From Takakia lepidozioides (lineage: Eukaryota; Plantae; Bryophyta), in contig CM060733.1 of the NCBI GenBank assembly GCA_030704615.1, forward strand, positions 31,000,001 through 31,064,000: a stretch of DNA of 64,000 bases. The letters are read 5' to 3'. The translations under genes were made by a program, and so were the position numbers. Below are positions 53,805 through 64,000 of this stretch, one piece after another. The notes below the pieces were generated by a model, which was given only the letters and a program-made list of their open reading frames with translations, was not told where the DNA came from and did no database searches. Within the stretch, counting starts at the first letter, position 1, and each line of letters opens with the position of its first letter.

Positions 53805-56800
53805 CAACCACGGGACGCGTCCTCTACCTCTAAGCCCACTGGACTTAAGGTTGCAGTTACGGAGGACAATTGGGAGCCTGACATTGGACCCATTGTCACC
53901 GGAGGAGAGAGACGACGTATACGGCGGTTCCTGAGGGCTTACAGAATTGTTTTGCCTTCAGTTTGAAGGACTTGGGAGCACTGAAGGGTCAAGAGATTGA
54001 ATTGAGTTGGCCACTGACACGCCAATCTTTCGGAGACCCTATAGATACAGTGACATGGAGAGGTCCTTGATTCAGATGAGAACTCAGGATCTCTGGGAGG
54101 CAGGTTTGGTGGAGCTCTCTGGTGGAGAGTATGCTTCAGCCACAGTGATGCCAGCCAAGAAGGATGTCTATGGCAATTGGACGGAGAGACGTATGTGCGG
54201 TGATTACCGGCCTGTAAATCGTCAGACCAAGTCCGATAGGTATGCCATGCCGACACCAGAGGAGATCTTTGATGCCATTGGGCATTCCAAGGTCTTTAGC
54301 ACGTTGGATTTACGATCCGGATATCACCAGTTGCCGATCAAGGAGGCGGATAAGCAAAAGACGGCATTCTGGGGGATCAATGAGCACGGGAAGGATTGCC
54401 TATACCAGTGGCGGTTCTTACCATTTGGGCTTAAAAACGCTCCCGCTGAGTTTCAAAGAGTCATGGACAGGATTCTAGCAGGGGTGGAGTTTGCTCGGTG
54501 CTACATAGATGACATCATCATCTTTAGTGCTACGGTGGAGGAGCATGAGAGACACCTTCAGGGGGTATTTGAGCGCTTGAGGGCGCACGGATTGAAGTTA
54601 CATCCGGGAAAGTGCAAGTTTTTCCACAACCAGATTGAGTATCTGGGTCACATGATATATCCTGGAGGATTGGGGGTACAGCAGACTAAGGTAGAGTCCA
54701 TTGCACAGGTTCCACGCCCCACGGATGTGAGCCGAGTTCGAGCTTTCATGGGGTTAGCAAACTATTACAGACGGTTTGTTAAGGGATTTAGTGCCATTGC
54801 AAAGGCTCTAACCAAGCTGACCAAGGTGGACCAGGAGTGGCAGTGGGAAGATGAGCAAGAACAAGCTTTTCAAGAGCTCAAGGCGAGGTTGACCTCGGCG
54901 CCCATCTTGAGACGACCTATCAGGGGGCGTCCTTTTCAGCTGCATACAGATTGGAGCATGCTGGGGCTTGGAGCGGTGCTCACACAGGTGGATGATGAGG
55001 GAAGAGAGTTCGTAGTGGCTTATGCTAGCCGCTCGAACAATGCTGCAGAGTCTAAGTATAGCTCATATGAGGGAGAATGCTTAGCTGCAGTGTGGGCCGT
55101 GGCACACTTCAGGTGCTATCTATACGGCAATCTCTTCACCCTTGTCACGGATCACCAACCACTCAAGTGGTTGATGGAGTCAGACAAGCTTACGGGGAAG
55201 CTTGCACGGTGGGCACTCATCCTTCAAGAGTATGACTTTCAGGTGGTGCATCGACCGGGTTTGGTCAATCGCAATGCAGATGGGTTGAGTCGCAATCCAT
55301 GCACGAGCCAACAGGATGACACTGGAGCTCGGTGGCATGGTGAGACGGACGAGGAGATGGTGCCCGGATGGCATGCATCTGCATTTCTGTGTATCTTGGC
55401 AGCGGAAGGCCAGGTTGGACCTGCAACAGGGATGACTGTAGATCAAGTGTCTGAGGACCCTGAGGCCAGCAATGAGCAAGGTGGCGCCAAAGATATACAT
55501 GAGGATTCAGTTGTGTTGGACTACCTCCGCACTGGAGACACGGCAGCCACTGTGACTGCCAAGGAGAGGGATCGGATCCTACAACGAGCCAAGAGGTTCA
55601 AGTGGGAGGGACACACCTGCTCCGAGTGTGGGAGGATGGTCGAGTGAGGATTGTGCCTCACCCAACACAGCGGGCACGGTTAGTGCGCCATGCCCATGAG
55701 GAGTTGGGGCATTTTGGGGTGCGACGCACTCATAGTCTACTGCAGGGGCAGTATTGGTGGCGTGGTATGCACACAGAGGTGCAACAATTTGTGGCTAGGT
55801 GCATGGTGTGTGACAGGGTGCGTGCTTCATTCAACGCCCCTACTCCACAATTGCACCATCTTCCGATCATGGGATTGGGCTACAGGTGGAGTCTTGACTT
55901 CGCAGGGCCATTGCCACTGACCATGCGCCACAACAAGTACGTGTTGGTGATGGTGGAGCACTTCTCCAAGTGGATTGAATTGGTTCCATTGCCTGATAAG
56001 GCTAGTGAGGGAGCTGCGTATGCATTCTTGGATTGTGTGCTTAGCCGATTCGGTGCTCCAGCTGAGGTACTCACGGACCAAGGGAGAGAGTTTTTGGGGG
56101 AGTTTCAGGCGTTGTGTGACAAGGCCTTGATAGACCACCGCACCACTTCTCGGGATCATCCTGAGGCCGATGGCTTGGCAGAAAGAGTTGTTCAGACAGT
56201 AAAGAGGGGTTTGCGCAAGTATGGCTTGCAGAAGGGACACCTAGGAGATTGGGACCTTCAGTTACCCTGGTTAGCCATGGGCTACAGGTTCAGCAAGCAA
56301 GCATCACTTGCCTCCTTCTCACCATACTTTCTTCTCTTTGGCCGAGAGCCGGATTTGCCTACATCCATTCGCAGAGAAGCTGCTACAGTTCTTAACCTTG
56401 ACGATCCGGACGTGTGGGCACGTGCATGTGAGCAGCGTGCAGAGTTGTTCAAGAGAGTCATGCCCATGGCTTTCGAGAACCTTGCCATTGCACAACACCG
56501 TGATACGTTGAGGTATGCTACCATACGTGGTGGGGGCTATCGTCCTGGGGTTTGGAGATTCAACCCTGGTGACTATGTCTATCTGCAGCAAACTGCTCCT
56601 ACGACCCTGGATGTGACTGCAGGACGTGTTATTTTGAGGATTCGAGAGGTCTTGCCCTCAGGCGTCTTGGTCTTGGAGGGTCGGGATGGCATAACTTGGA
56701 AGGACCATGTGCGTAATTGTGCGCCATGTCACCTTCCAAATGTCGATGGCAGGATTGACCCAAACCTGGCAGTGGTATCTGCAGGTTTGAGGTGCATGTT

Positions 56801-56935
56801 GTGTGGGTCTGCTAAAGGGGCAGCCACCATGCTGGTGTGTGATCGATGCTCTAGAGGTTGGCATATGGGATGCTTGACTCCACTCTTGAGATGGTTCCGG
56901 ATGGGGATTGGTTATGTCCACATTGCATTGGATAG
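53805..56935 (+). pseudogene. RT-RNase H-integrase-PHD of copy 2
   Basis: [81 protein letters not shown], then C4HC3 PHD. Frameshifts at ~53945-54000, ~55610 and ~56885. Confidence 0.95.
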
Positions 56936-57179
56936 TGGGAGTGGATACAACCATGGAAGGCTAACAAGAAACGCAAGGCCCAGCTACAGGAGACCTTGAA
57001 TACACGAAGTCCTGGCTCAAGTTCACAGATTGCAAGACGACGACTAACGATGGGGCTACTCTTGTACCCGGCCTCTTGGTCTATAGAGTTTGAGTACGAT
57101 AGGGACAGTGATAGAGGACTTAGTACGGCTATGGCTATTACGTCTTGTAGCTATCTGGAGGTAGAAGGACCTATCCACC

Positions 57180-57194
57180 AGCTAGGGGGGCAAT
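57180..57194 (+). promoter_or_regulatory. Polypurine tract
   Basis: AGCTAGGGGGGCAAT immediately before TGTGGT of repeat X1. Confidence 0.75.
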
Positions 57195-57719
57195 TGTGGT
57201 AGACTACTTTATTGTGCATATATGTGTGGTGTGGTTTGGACAGCGATGTAGTTGTGTAGCGATACGTATGCGCACGACAGCTGTCAAGTTAAATAAGCAC
57301 AGTGTGAAACTAGCTAGAATAAAGCTAGTTATTTGTATTTAACACTTGGATTTAGGTCAAGTGTTAAATCAGGTGTCAAGTTTAGTTTGACACCTGACCC
57401 GTCTTATCTTCACGAGAGCGGCAGTCGCGCAGCTCATCTTTCTCGAGTTGAGCTTGCGCGACCGAGCTCCTTCATGCGTTTAGATTTGAGTGTGCTTATG
57501 ATGGGAGTGTAGGTTGTTGTGGGGTGGAGTCCCCATAGCTTGGGGTGCCCCTGGCTCGACTTCTGTTTTAAAGAGTGATAGCGATGGATTCATGTTGTTT
57601 CTGGTGTGAGCAGTGTGTTTTCTAGTTTTCTTATTGTGGTAGACTACTTTATTGTGCATATATGTGTGGTGTGGTTTGGACAGCGATGTAGTTGTGTTGC
57701 AATACGTATGCGCACAACA
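57195..57719 (+). repeat. 3' terminal structure X1 (57195-57279) - GC - A2 (57282-57634) - X2 (57635-57719)
   Basis: X1 and X2 are 85-bp direct repeats (3 mismatches); A2 equals A1; the X1/A2 junction reads CAGCTG. Confidence 0.93.
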
Positions 57720-57751
57720 TCCTCCATGTCGTCCCACAATAATGGCGAAGA

Positions 57752-60700
57752 AGACAGTTGTAGTGTAGGCATTGTGGCAAGTATGGGCATGGAGATGCCC
57801 AGTGTTATGACTTGCACCCTGAGTTGCGGCAAGGCCAGTTCCAAGGGAACAATGGTGGCCGAGGGCGAGGTAGAGCACCTCAAAGAGGATGAGGTGGTCA
57901 GGCACAAGGTGTAGGACGAGGGCAAGCACAGTATGGCCAAGGACGTGGAGGTTAGGGCGTTGACCAAGGCATGGCTAACCGGCTTCAGCAACTAGAGCAA
58001 ATGATTGCTGCCATGGCCACAGCTCAGGTGGTACCAGCTCCAAGACCTGAGGGTCCACCTCATGTTCCTCCTCAGCAGCGTCATCCTGACGGAGGAGACA
58101 TGGGAGGCATGGGATTTATATGTGGGGCAGCACTACCACTAGTGCAGGTGGAGTCTGCTGCAGCCGTCACTCGAGGAGCAACACGAGTTCATGAGCCACG
58201 AGGTGCAGAGGTGGAGTTAGATTCACAGCATGGGGAGGCAAGCTGTCAGACTAGGTTGCCTCAATCATTCATCTTGGGGGAGACAGTGTCGACGACATCC
58301 ATGGCACCTAGTTTTCGCCCGACAGATACAGAGGCCGTTATTGTGCCATTGGGGAGAGCTACACGTGCAGCACTGACACATGTTGCCAAGGCTAGTGCAG
58401 CCAGTGTGTTGTTGGGGGCAGCCACCTCTCTATGTCAAGCCCCACTGTTCTCGACAACCATGATCGTGACGCCGGGGGTAAGACCAGCTGCAGTGTTCAG
58501 ACTAGCAGCAACACTCTGCGAGAGTGGGGAGGTCACTTCATCTTCTGGAGAGTTGGTGGAAGGTGTAGTGGTAGAGGAATCCTCGGATTTGAGGGTCAAG
58601 ACTGCCATGGCTGCGCCATGGCAAGCTGAGCTGCCAGGTTGACGGAGCTGCCAGCTAGGCCAGCCTTTGAGCGCGCCATGGTGACACCTGGAGTTGTTTT
58701 GTTAGACAACCAGGATGTCATTTTCTCTTTGAGTGGACCCGCAGGCAAGAGGTACCGGCCACTGCGGGTCTTGTTGGACTCGGGAGCTAAGCCACTGATG
58801 TTGGACAGAGCTGCTATTGCAGGTTTGGGCCTCATGGAGGCGGATATGGAGCCTCGTCCTTTCCAGATACAGACATCTCTGGGAGGATCAGAGTAGGCTC
58901 GGGGCATGACACAGCGTGAGTTGGTTATTAGACTACAGCCGGATCATCCTATAGATGGCTCAGTGATGCGAGCCAAGGCCATCGTGACAGATGCAATATC
59001 TTACGATGTCCTCGTTGGTGGGGCAGTGTTATATCCCATGGGCTTCACCCTGGATTTTTAGGAGGAGTCAGCATCCTACAGGCATGGATGGCAGTCAGGG
59101 GATGGTTGTCGTGTACAGCTCCCTATGACATTCATTGGGGATGCTGCTGCTGCCCAACGGGGCAAGATGCCAACACTAGCCGCCTTTACAGCTACAGTTA
59201 GTTGGCCTGGAGAGTTGCTGGAGGGCAATGCCCATGCAGAGGATGTGCCACCTCCAGCAGAGCAGGATGACATGCATGGTACGGCGGAGTTGTCTGCCAT
59301 GGTTGCTCACACTCCATTGTGGGGTATGAGCAAGAATTTGCAGCAGGCTGCTGATAGACGGGTGCAACAAGCCTGGGTAGAGGCCTTCGTATCGTCAGGA
59401 GAGGAGGAGAATGCAGTGATTGCACCAGGACCACCTCAGTTGTCGCCATTGGACACCACACCTCTTGCGTAGCAGTGCCCACATGAAGGCATATGCCTTC
59501 TGGACTTGTTTGGCGGGATCAGCACTGGATTGGCTGCAGTGCTGTAGGCAAGTGTACGAGTTCGACGTTATCTGTATGTGGAGAGGGATGAGACTGCACG
59601 ACGCGTCTCACTGCGCCATGTTGCTCAGTTGGTGCAGCAGTACCTGATTTGTTGCTTGTGTCTGCAGTTCGTGGATACCAACAAGCATTGCCAGCAGACA
59701 TCTCTTTGCTGGGGGCGCATGATTTGGAGCGGGTTGACTCTATTCACTTGGTAGTGGCAGGTTGGCCTTGCCAAGGGCATTCATCAGCCGGGCATGACAA
59801 TGGGTTACAAGACTCAAGGTCATGCCTGTTTTGGGAGATGTTGAGGGTCCTACGCTATTTACAGCTTCAGCAGACAGACCCTCCGGCATATATCTTGGAG
59901 AATGTGCCATTGATGGGTGATTCTAGGGCCAAGGTGATGGCCAGTGTGCATCAAGTGCGGTCTTCGCTTGGATTAGCAGTGTTGCTGGACGCAGCTGCAG
60001 TGGGGTCACGGGCTCATCACCCACGACTATGGTGGACCAACTTGATGCCACCTGCACTGCTCAAGTGTGCATTTGATGGGGTGCAGCGGCCACCACAGCT
60101 GACGGTGGATAGCATTTTGGACATAGGGAGACAGTCTCAGCGTGTGAGACACGATGACCGGTCACCTTTGGCAGTGGTCAATAAGGTGGGTCACCCACGA
60201 GCCACATTGCCTACACTGCTCAGCTTTCCAGGATCCCATGCTTTTCGGGATGGTGGACCTGGCCTCTTGTGGGATAGCCAGTTGCAGCAATTAGTAGAGT
60301 CCAATGCTGACGAGGGCGAGCGGGCGATGGGTTTTACCACTGGTACCACGGCGGTGCCATCTCTTTTTGAGGCATCGCATCGTCAGGTGTTGGGGCAAGC
60401 AATGGATCTCAATTGCTTGACCTGGATTATTAGCTTGGCTATGGCTGAGCAGCGCAGAGTACGGAGTACACTTCCATTGATGGTCTCCCTGCCTACCGAG
60501 ACGGTACAGGCAGCGAGTGGGGGCGAACAGGTGAGGACCACGAGGTGCAGGCCGCATCCATGGCACACGTGGGAGGTGCTCGAGGTTCAGAAGGAGTTGG
60601 CAGCCAAGGCGGCGGTGATGGATGAGGTTGGGGATTTTTTTCGGGTTGAGGAGGTCCTCAAGGATGGGATGATGGGCCAGAATGAGACATTGTCACTGAC

Positions 60701-61539
60701 TGAGGAGGCAGTGGTCACCGCTCAAGAGGTTGCAGCATAGCAACCACGGGACGCGTCTTCTACCTCTAAGCCTGCTGGACTCAAGGTTGCAGTCACGGAG
60801 GACAACTGGGAGCCTGATGTTGGACCTATAGTCACCGGAGGAAAAAGACGACGTATACGGCGGTTCTTGAGGGCTTACAGGAACTGCTTTGCCTTCAGTT
60901 TGAAGGACTTAGGAGCACTGAAGGGTCAAGAGATTTGCATTGAATTGGCTACTGACACGCCAATCTTTCGGAGACCCTATAGATACAGTGACATGGAGAG
61001 GTCCTTGATTCAGATAAGAACTCAGGACCTTTGGGAGGCTGGTTTGGTGGAGCTATCTGGGGGAGAGTATGCTTCAGCCACAGTGATGCCAGCCAAGAAG
61101 GATGTCTATGGCAATTGGACGGAGAGACGTATGTGCGGTGATTACCGACCTGTAAATTGTCAGACCAAGTCCGATAGGTATGCCATGCCAACACCAAAGG
61201 AGATCTTTGATGCCATTGGGCATGCCAAGGTCTTTAGCACTTTGGATTTACGATCCAGATATCACCAGTTGCCGATCAAGGAGGCGGATAAGCAGAAGAC
61301 GACATTCTGGGGGATCAATGAGCACGGGAAGGATTGCCTATACCAGTGGCGGTTCTTACCATTTGGGCTTAAAAATGCTCCCGCTGAGTTTCAAAGAGTC
61401 ATGGACAGGATTCTAGCAGGGGTGGAGGTTGCTCGGTGCTACATAGATGACATCATCATCTTTAGTGCTACGGTGGAGGAGCATGAGAGACACCTTCAGG
61501 GGGTATTTGAGCGCTTGAGGGCGCACGGATTGAAGTTAC
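57752..61539 (+). pseudogene. Copy 1 gag end, protease, C5-MTase (~59490-60460) and RT N-terminal part, with nonsense mutations
   Basis: Highly similar to 50840-54600: LLDSGA, GWPCQ, ILENV, RAHHPRLWWTNL, YIDDII. Premature TAGs at ~58894, ~59059, ~59470 and ~59545. Confidence 0.93.
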
Positions 61540-62161
61540 TGTCGCGCGGCTTTTACTCACCCATCCCTTCGCTATCCGAGGCGGAAACTCCAAGATAGAA
61601 GAGTTGGAAATCTCTAAGTACTCAGCCCGCGCAGAACAATCAGTCATGACCTACAGCTAGTGTATCATGGGGGTGTTTCCTATTTGTTTCCTTTTCCGCA
61701 TTCATCTTAGCTACCTTACCATTGATAATTAAGTATCAGTTTGCTTCATCAATTTATCGGTTTCCTTAACTCCTCCATTCAATCCACAGCTTCACTCAGA
61801 TCTCTCTACACAGTGTGATTGTATCGTATAAATATCAGATTATGATTTATCAGGTATCAGGCCGAAGCCATTATGTCTCTATTCTTCTTTCCTATATCAC
61901 TATAGCTTTGCATATAACAAGCATCTAATAATCCTCTTTTCTCCTTCATCGTGCTCTCCGATCTCCGCTCCCGCCTGACTCCGAAGTCCTCCCCCGAATA
62001 ATGATCCCTTTCTTCATTCCCCGTTTTCCCTTTATCCTTCTGTCCGCGTTCTAACCGTTTCCCTCTCTAACCGTCGTATGTGAACTAACATGTTCCCTCA
62101 CAGGTGTTGTTCCCCACAGTCGTTCCCTGTCCTACTCTTCGTTCCCTATTATCGTGACAGC

Positions 62162-62425
62162 TGTGTCAAGCGGTGACTGGCTGTGTTTGGCTGTGTGGGC
62201 TGTGTCTGCTGTGACGACTGTGACGGGCTGTGTGGGCTGTGTGGGCTGTGACGACTGTGACGGGCTGTGTGGGCTGTGACGGCTGTGTGGACTGTGACGG
62301 GCTGTGTGGGCTGTGACGGGCTGTGTGGGCTGTGACGGCTGTGTGGGCTGTGTGGGCTGTGACGACTGTGATGACTGTGACGGGCTGTGTGGGCTGTGAC
62401 GGCTGTGACTGCTGTGTGGGCTATG
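62162..62425. repeat. Short-period tandem repeat (GGCTGTGTG / GCTGTGACG units)
   Basis: Directly visible. Confidence 0.9.
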
Positions 62426-62587
62426 TAACCCCCCCTCTACAGTGCGCTGCTGTCACCCCTAAGGTTCCTGTTTGTCTCAGTCTGTGCAAAAATTAAGGGT
62501 ACCCTACAGATCCCGTATAAGTGTCTAAGTCCCCTACAGTCCTCTAACATTACCCCTTCCCCCCTCAAAAAGCCGTGTCCTCACGGT

Positions 62588-63918
62588 TTACTGTTTCCGA
62601 GTAGCAAACCTTTGTGAGTGAGCACCTTGTTGACGTTGAGAGTTTCGTGGTGGGCTGTGTGTACGAGCCCGAGGTCTGTCTCTGGTTGATGGAGATGGTT
62701 GATCACTACCTGGATAAGTGAGGCCTTCTGGAGGTTGATATCGAGGTAATCTTTCCGGCATAGGAGATCCCCTTTGTTTCTTCTCTTCCATCTGAATTGC
62801 ATAGTCTTCTCCCATGTCAAAAGAATTTTGTGAAGAAACAGTTGTATCAGAATCCTCATCGCCTCTCAGGTGTTTTAATTTTCGAACTTTTTGTGGAATC
62901 ATCTGGGGCATACAATGCTGTCCTACCATGTCTGGAAGTTTGCATTTTACAACCTGGTGTAACCGTTGAACAACAAAATTGGTGTAGACACTAAGCTCCT
63001 TGTCTGTCCAGATGAGTGGGGTACCAATTACTGGTGCAGCGTGCAAGTATTTCCATGCGATATGTCCCTTATAGAAAATGTCATCAAGTCCGAATTTCTG
63101 TGTTGACAAATTGTTGCAGGCTGCTTGAAACCATGAACGAATTTGAGAATCCTTCTGTATCATAACTTTTGGGTCATATAGGTACATATGAGGTGGCACC
63201 GAAGGTAATACCCAATGATCTCCACTGGAGTAACTTTGAAAGCGTGCTTCAGAGTTCTGGCTTGCAAATAAGAAGCCATTAGCTGTTCCTGAGGGATATA
63301 GACTCTTTGGTCGATGTTTGAAGTGAGGTCTTCCACTTGAGTCTGGAGTCCGTCTACATCCTCTTGTAACTCTGCTATCCTACTATAGACATTGTCTATA
63401 GTAGTTGTGGCAATGTTCTGCACCTGCAGTCTGAGCTCATTCATCTCGCTTTGGGTGAGCTTCCGTGGGCTTTTGCCCTCTACTGGCCCTTGTGCTAACC
63501 AGACCTGCATAAGGCTGTTATCCACCAAGCTGCTTGTGGTTCCCCTGAGAGTTTGCTCTTCTCTTAGCTTGTACAATTCCAACTGCTGTTGTAAAGCCTC
63601 CATGCGCTTCGCGTGTGGCTCAACCAATTGGGCATAGGCAGCAAGTAGATTATTGGCTTCCTTCGAAGCCTTGTTACTGACCGCGATTTCATTTCTATTT
63701 GCCACGATGGTTTGTTGCAACTCCACGATGTATTTCTCTTGCTCAGCTTCCATCTGCCTGTATTGCTTGAAAGTATCTTCATTGCGACAGATTGTATTCT
63801 TCATATCGACAATGAGCTTCATGTGCTCCACATTCTCTTCTTCTGCCTTCGTACATTTTTCCGCTTGACTGTTTATTTCTTTTGTTGATTGGTCAAGCAT
63901 AGTTGTAATGTAGCGCAT
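62588..63918 (-). CDS. Coiled-coil-rich ORF of unknown function in the 3' region of the LTR element (one frameshift at ~63190)
   Basis: ORFs 63160-63918 (heptad-rich, E/Q/K/L) and 62588-63199 overlap and end just before the PPT-like tract. Confidence 0.5.
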
Positions 63919-64000
63919 TGTATCTCCATCCTGTTATGCACTGTCTGCAACTCCGTATGTAGTGCATTCAGTTCTTGCAACTTGCTTTCATGCTGCACCT

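Larger units (their letters stand above)
45776..57719 (+). mobile_element. DNMT-bearing Ty3/gypsy element, copy 2 (near-complete, young), TSD TCCT
   Basis: TGTCAAG...CACAACA flanked by TCCT (45772-45775, 57720-57723); removing it restores CATC-TCCT-CCATG of the inverted gag. Domain order is ORF0, gag, PR, C5-MTase, RT, RH, INT, PHD. The two A repeats differ at 1 of 353 nt. Confidence 0.95.
26124..61539 (+). mobile_element. DNMT-bearing Ty3/gypsy element, copy 1 (older; split by four nested insertions; 3' end not in window)
   Basis: Starts TGTCAAG like copy 2. Segments 26124-26495, 28160-28515, 34273-34909, 44408-45180, inverted gag 45181-45775 plus 57720-57750, and 57752-61539 (gag end, protease, MTase, RT) align in order with copy 2. 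Confidence 0.88.
61540..64000 (-). mobile_element. Another LTR retrotransposon (3' portion) inserted in the RT of copy 1
   Basis: Abrupt loss of RT homology at TGTCGCG (61540); inverted-end match CGTGACA at 62159; PPT-like purine tract on the - strand at ~62551-62570; upstream minus-strand ORFs. The LTR boundary (62159 or 62549) is uncertain. Confidence 0.7.

Noticed and set aside
57195-57719. X-A-X as an independent TRIM with 85-bp LTRs
   Set aside because: There is no TSD around X1..X2 alone. The TCCT TSD pairs 45776 with 57719, A also forms the 5' end of both large copies, and the PPT lies outside (before) X1.
45776-57719. DIRS/Ngaro tyrosine-recombinase element, suggested by the split repeats and MTase
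   Set aside because: It encodes an aspartic protease and an HHCC/DDE integrase, has TG..CA ends and a TSD, no tyrosine recombinase is visible, and the MTase is C5-type rather than the DIRS adenine type.

Overview
Land-plant nuclear DNA (BURP, Lhcb4 and receptor-kinase fragments, spliceosomal introns); the species cannot be determined from the sequence. The first ~18 kb hold a copia remnant and two head-to-head host genes: DNMT2/TRDMT1 (-) and a divergent ubiquitin-activating enzyme E1 (+). The rest is a nested transposon stack that can be resolved from target-site duplications (TSDs) and empty-site comparison. A CACTA element (from 21650) is interrupted by copy 1 of an unusual Ty3/gypsy family (26124 to >61539). 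Copy 1 in turn holds a chromovirus (28516-34272, TSD CTTAG), a complete CACTA element carrying an FCP1/NIF-type phosphatase gene (34910-44407, TSD ACC), a near-complete young copy 2 of the same gypsy family (45776-57719, TSD TCCT) and a further LTR element (from 61540). The gypsy family is the main finding. It has (i) a DNMT3-like C5 cytosine methyltransferase between protease and RT, (ii) a PHD finger after integrase, (iii) a conserved UAG-CAA-CCA readthrough-type stop between the MTase and RT, (iv) a PBS complementary to its own LTR (Tf1-like self-priming, with covariation between copies), (v) split direct repeats A...X-A-X with a palindromic CA-GC-TG junction instead of two ordinary LTRs, and (vi) a 5' slot holding different captured host gene fragments in each copy. 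DNMT-bearing retrotransposons have precedent in algae; I do not know of this combination of features being described.
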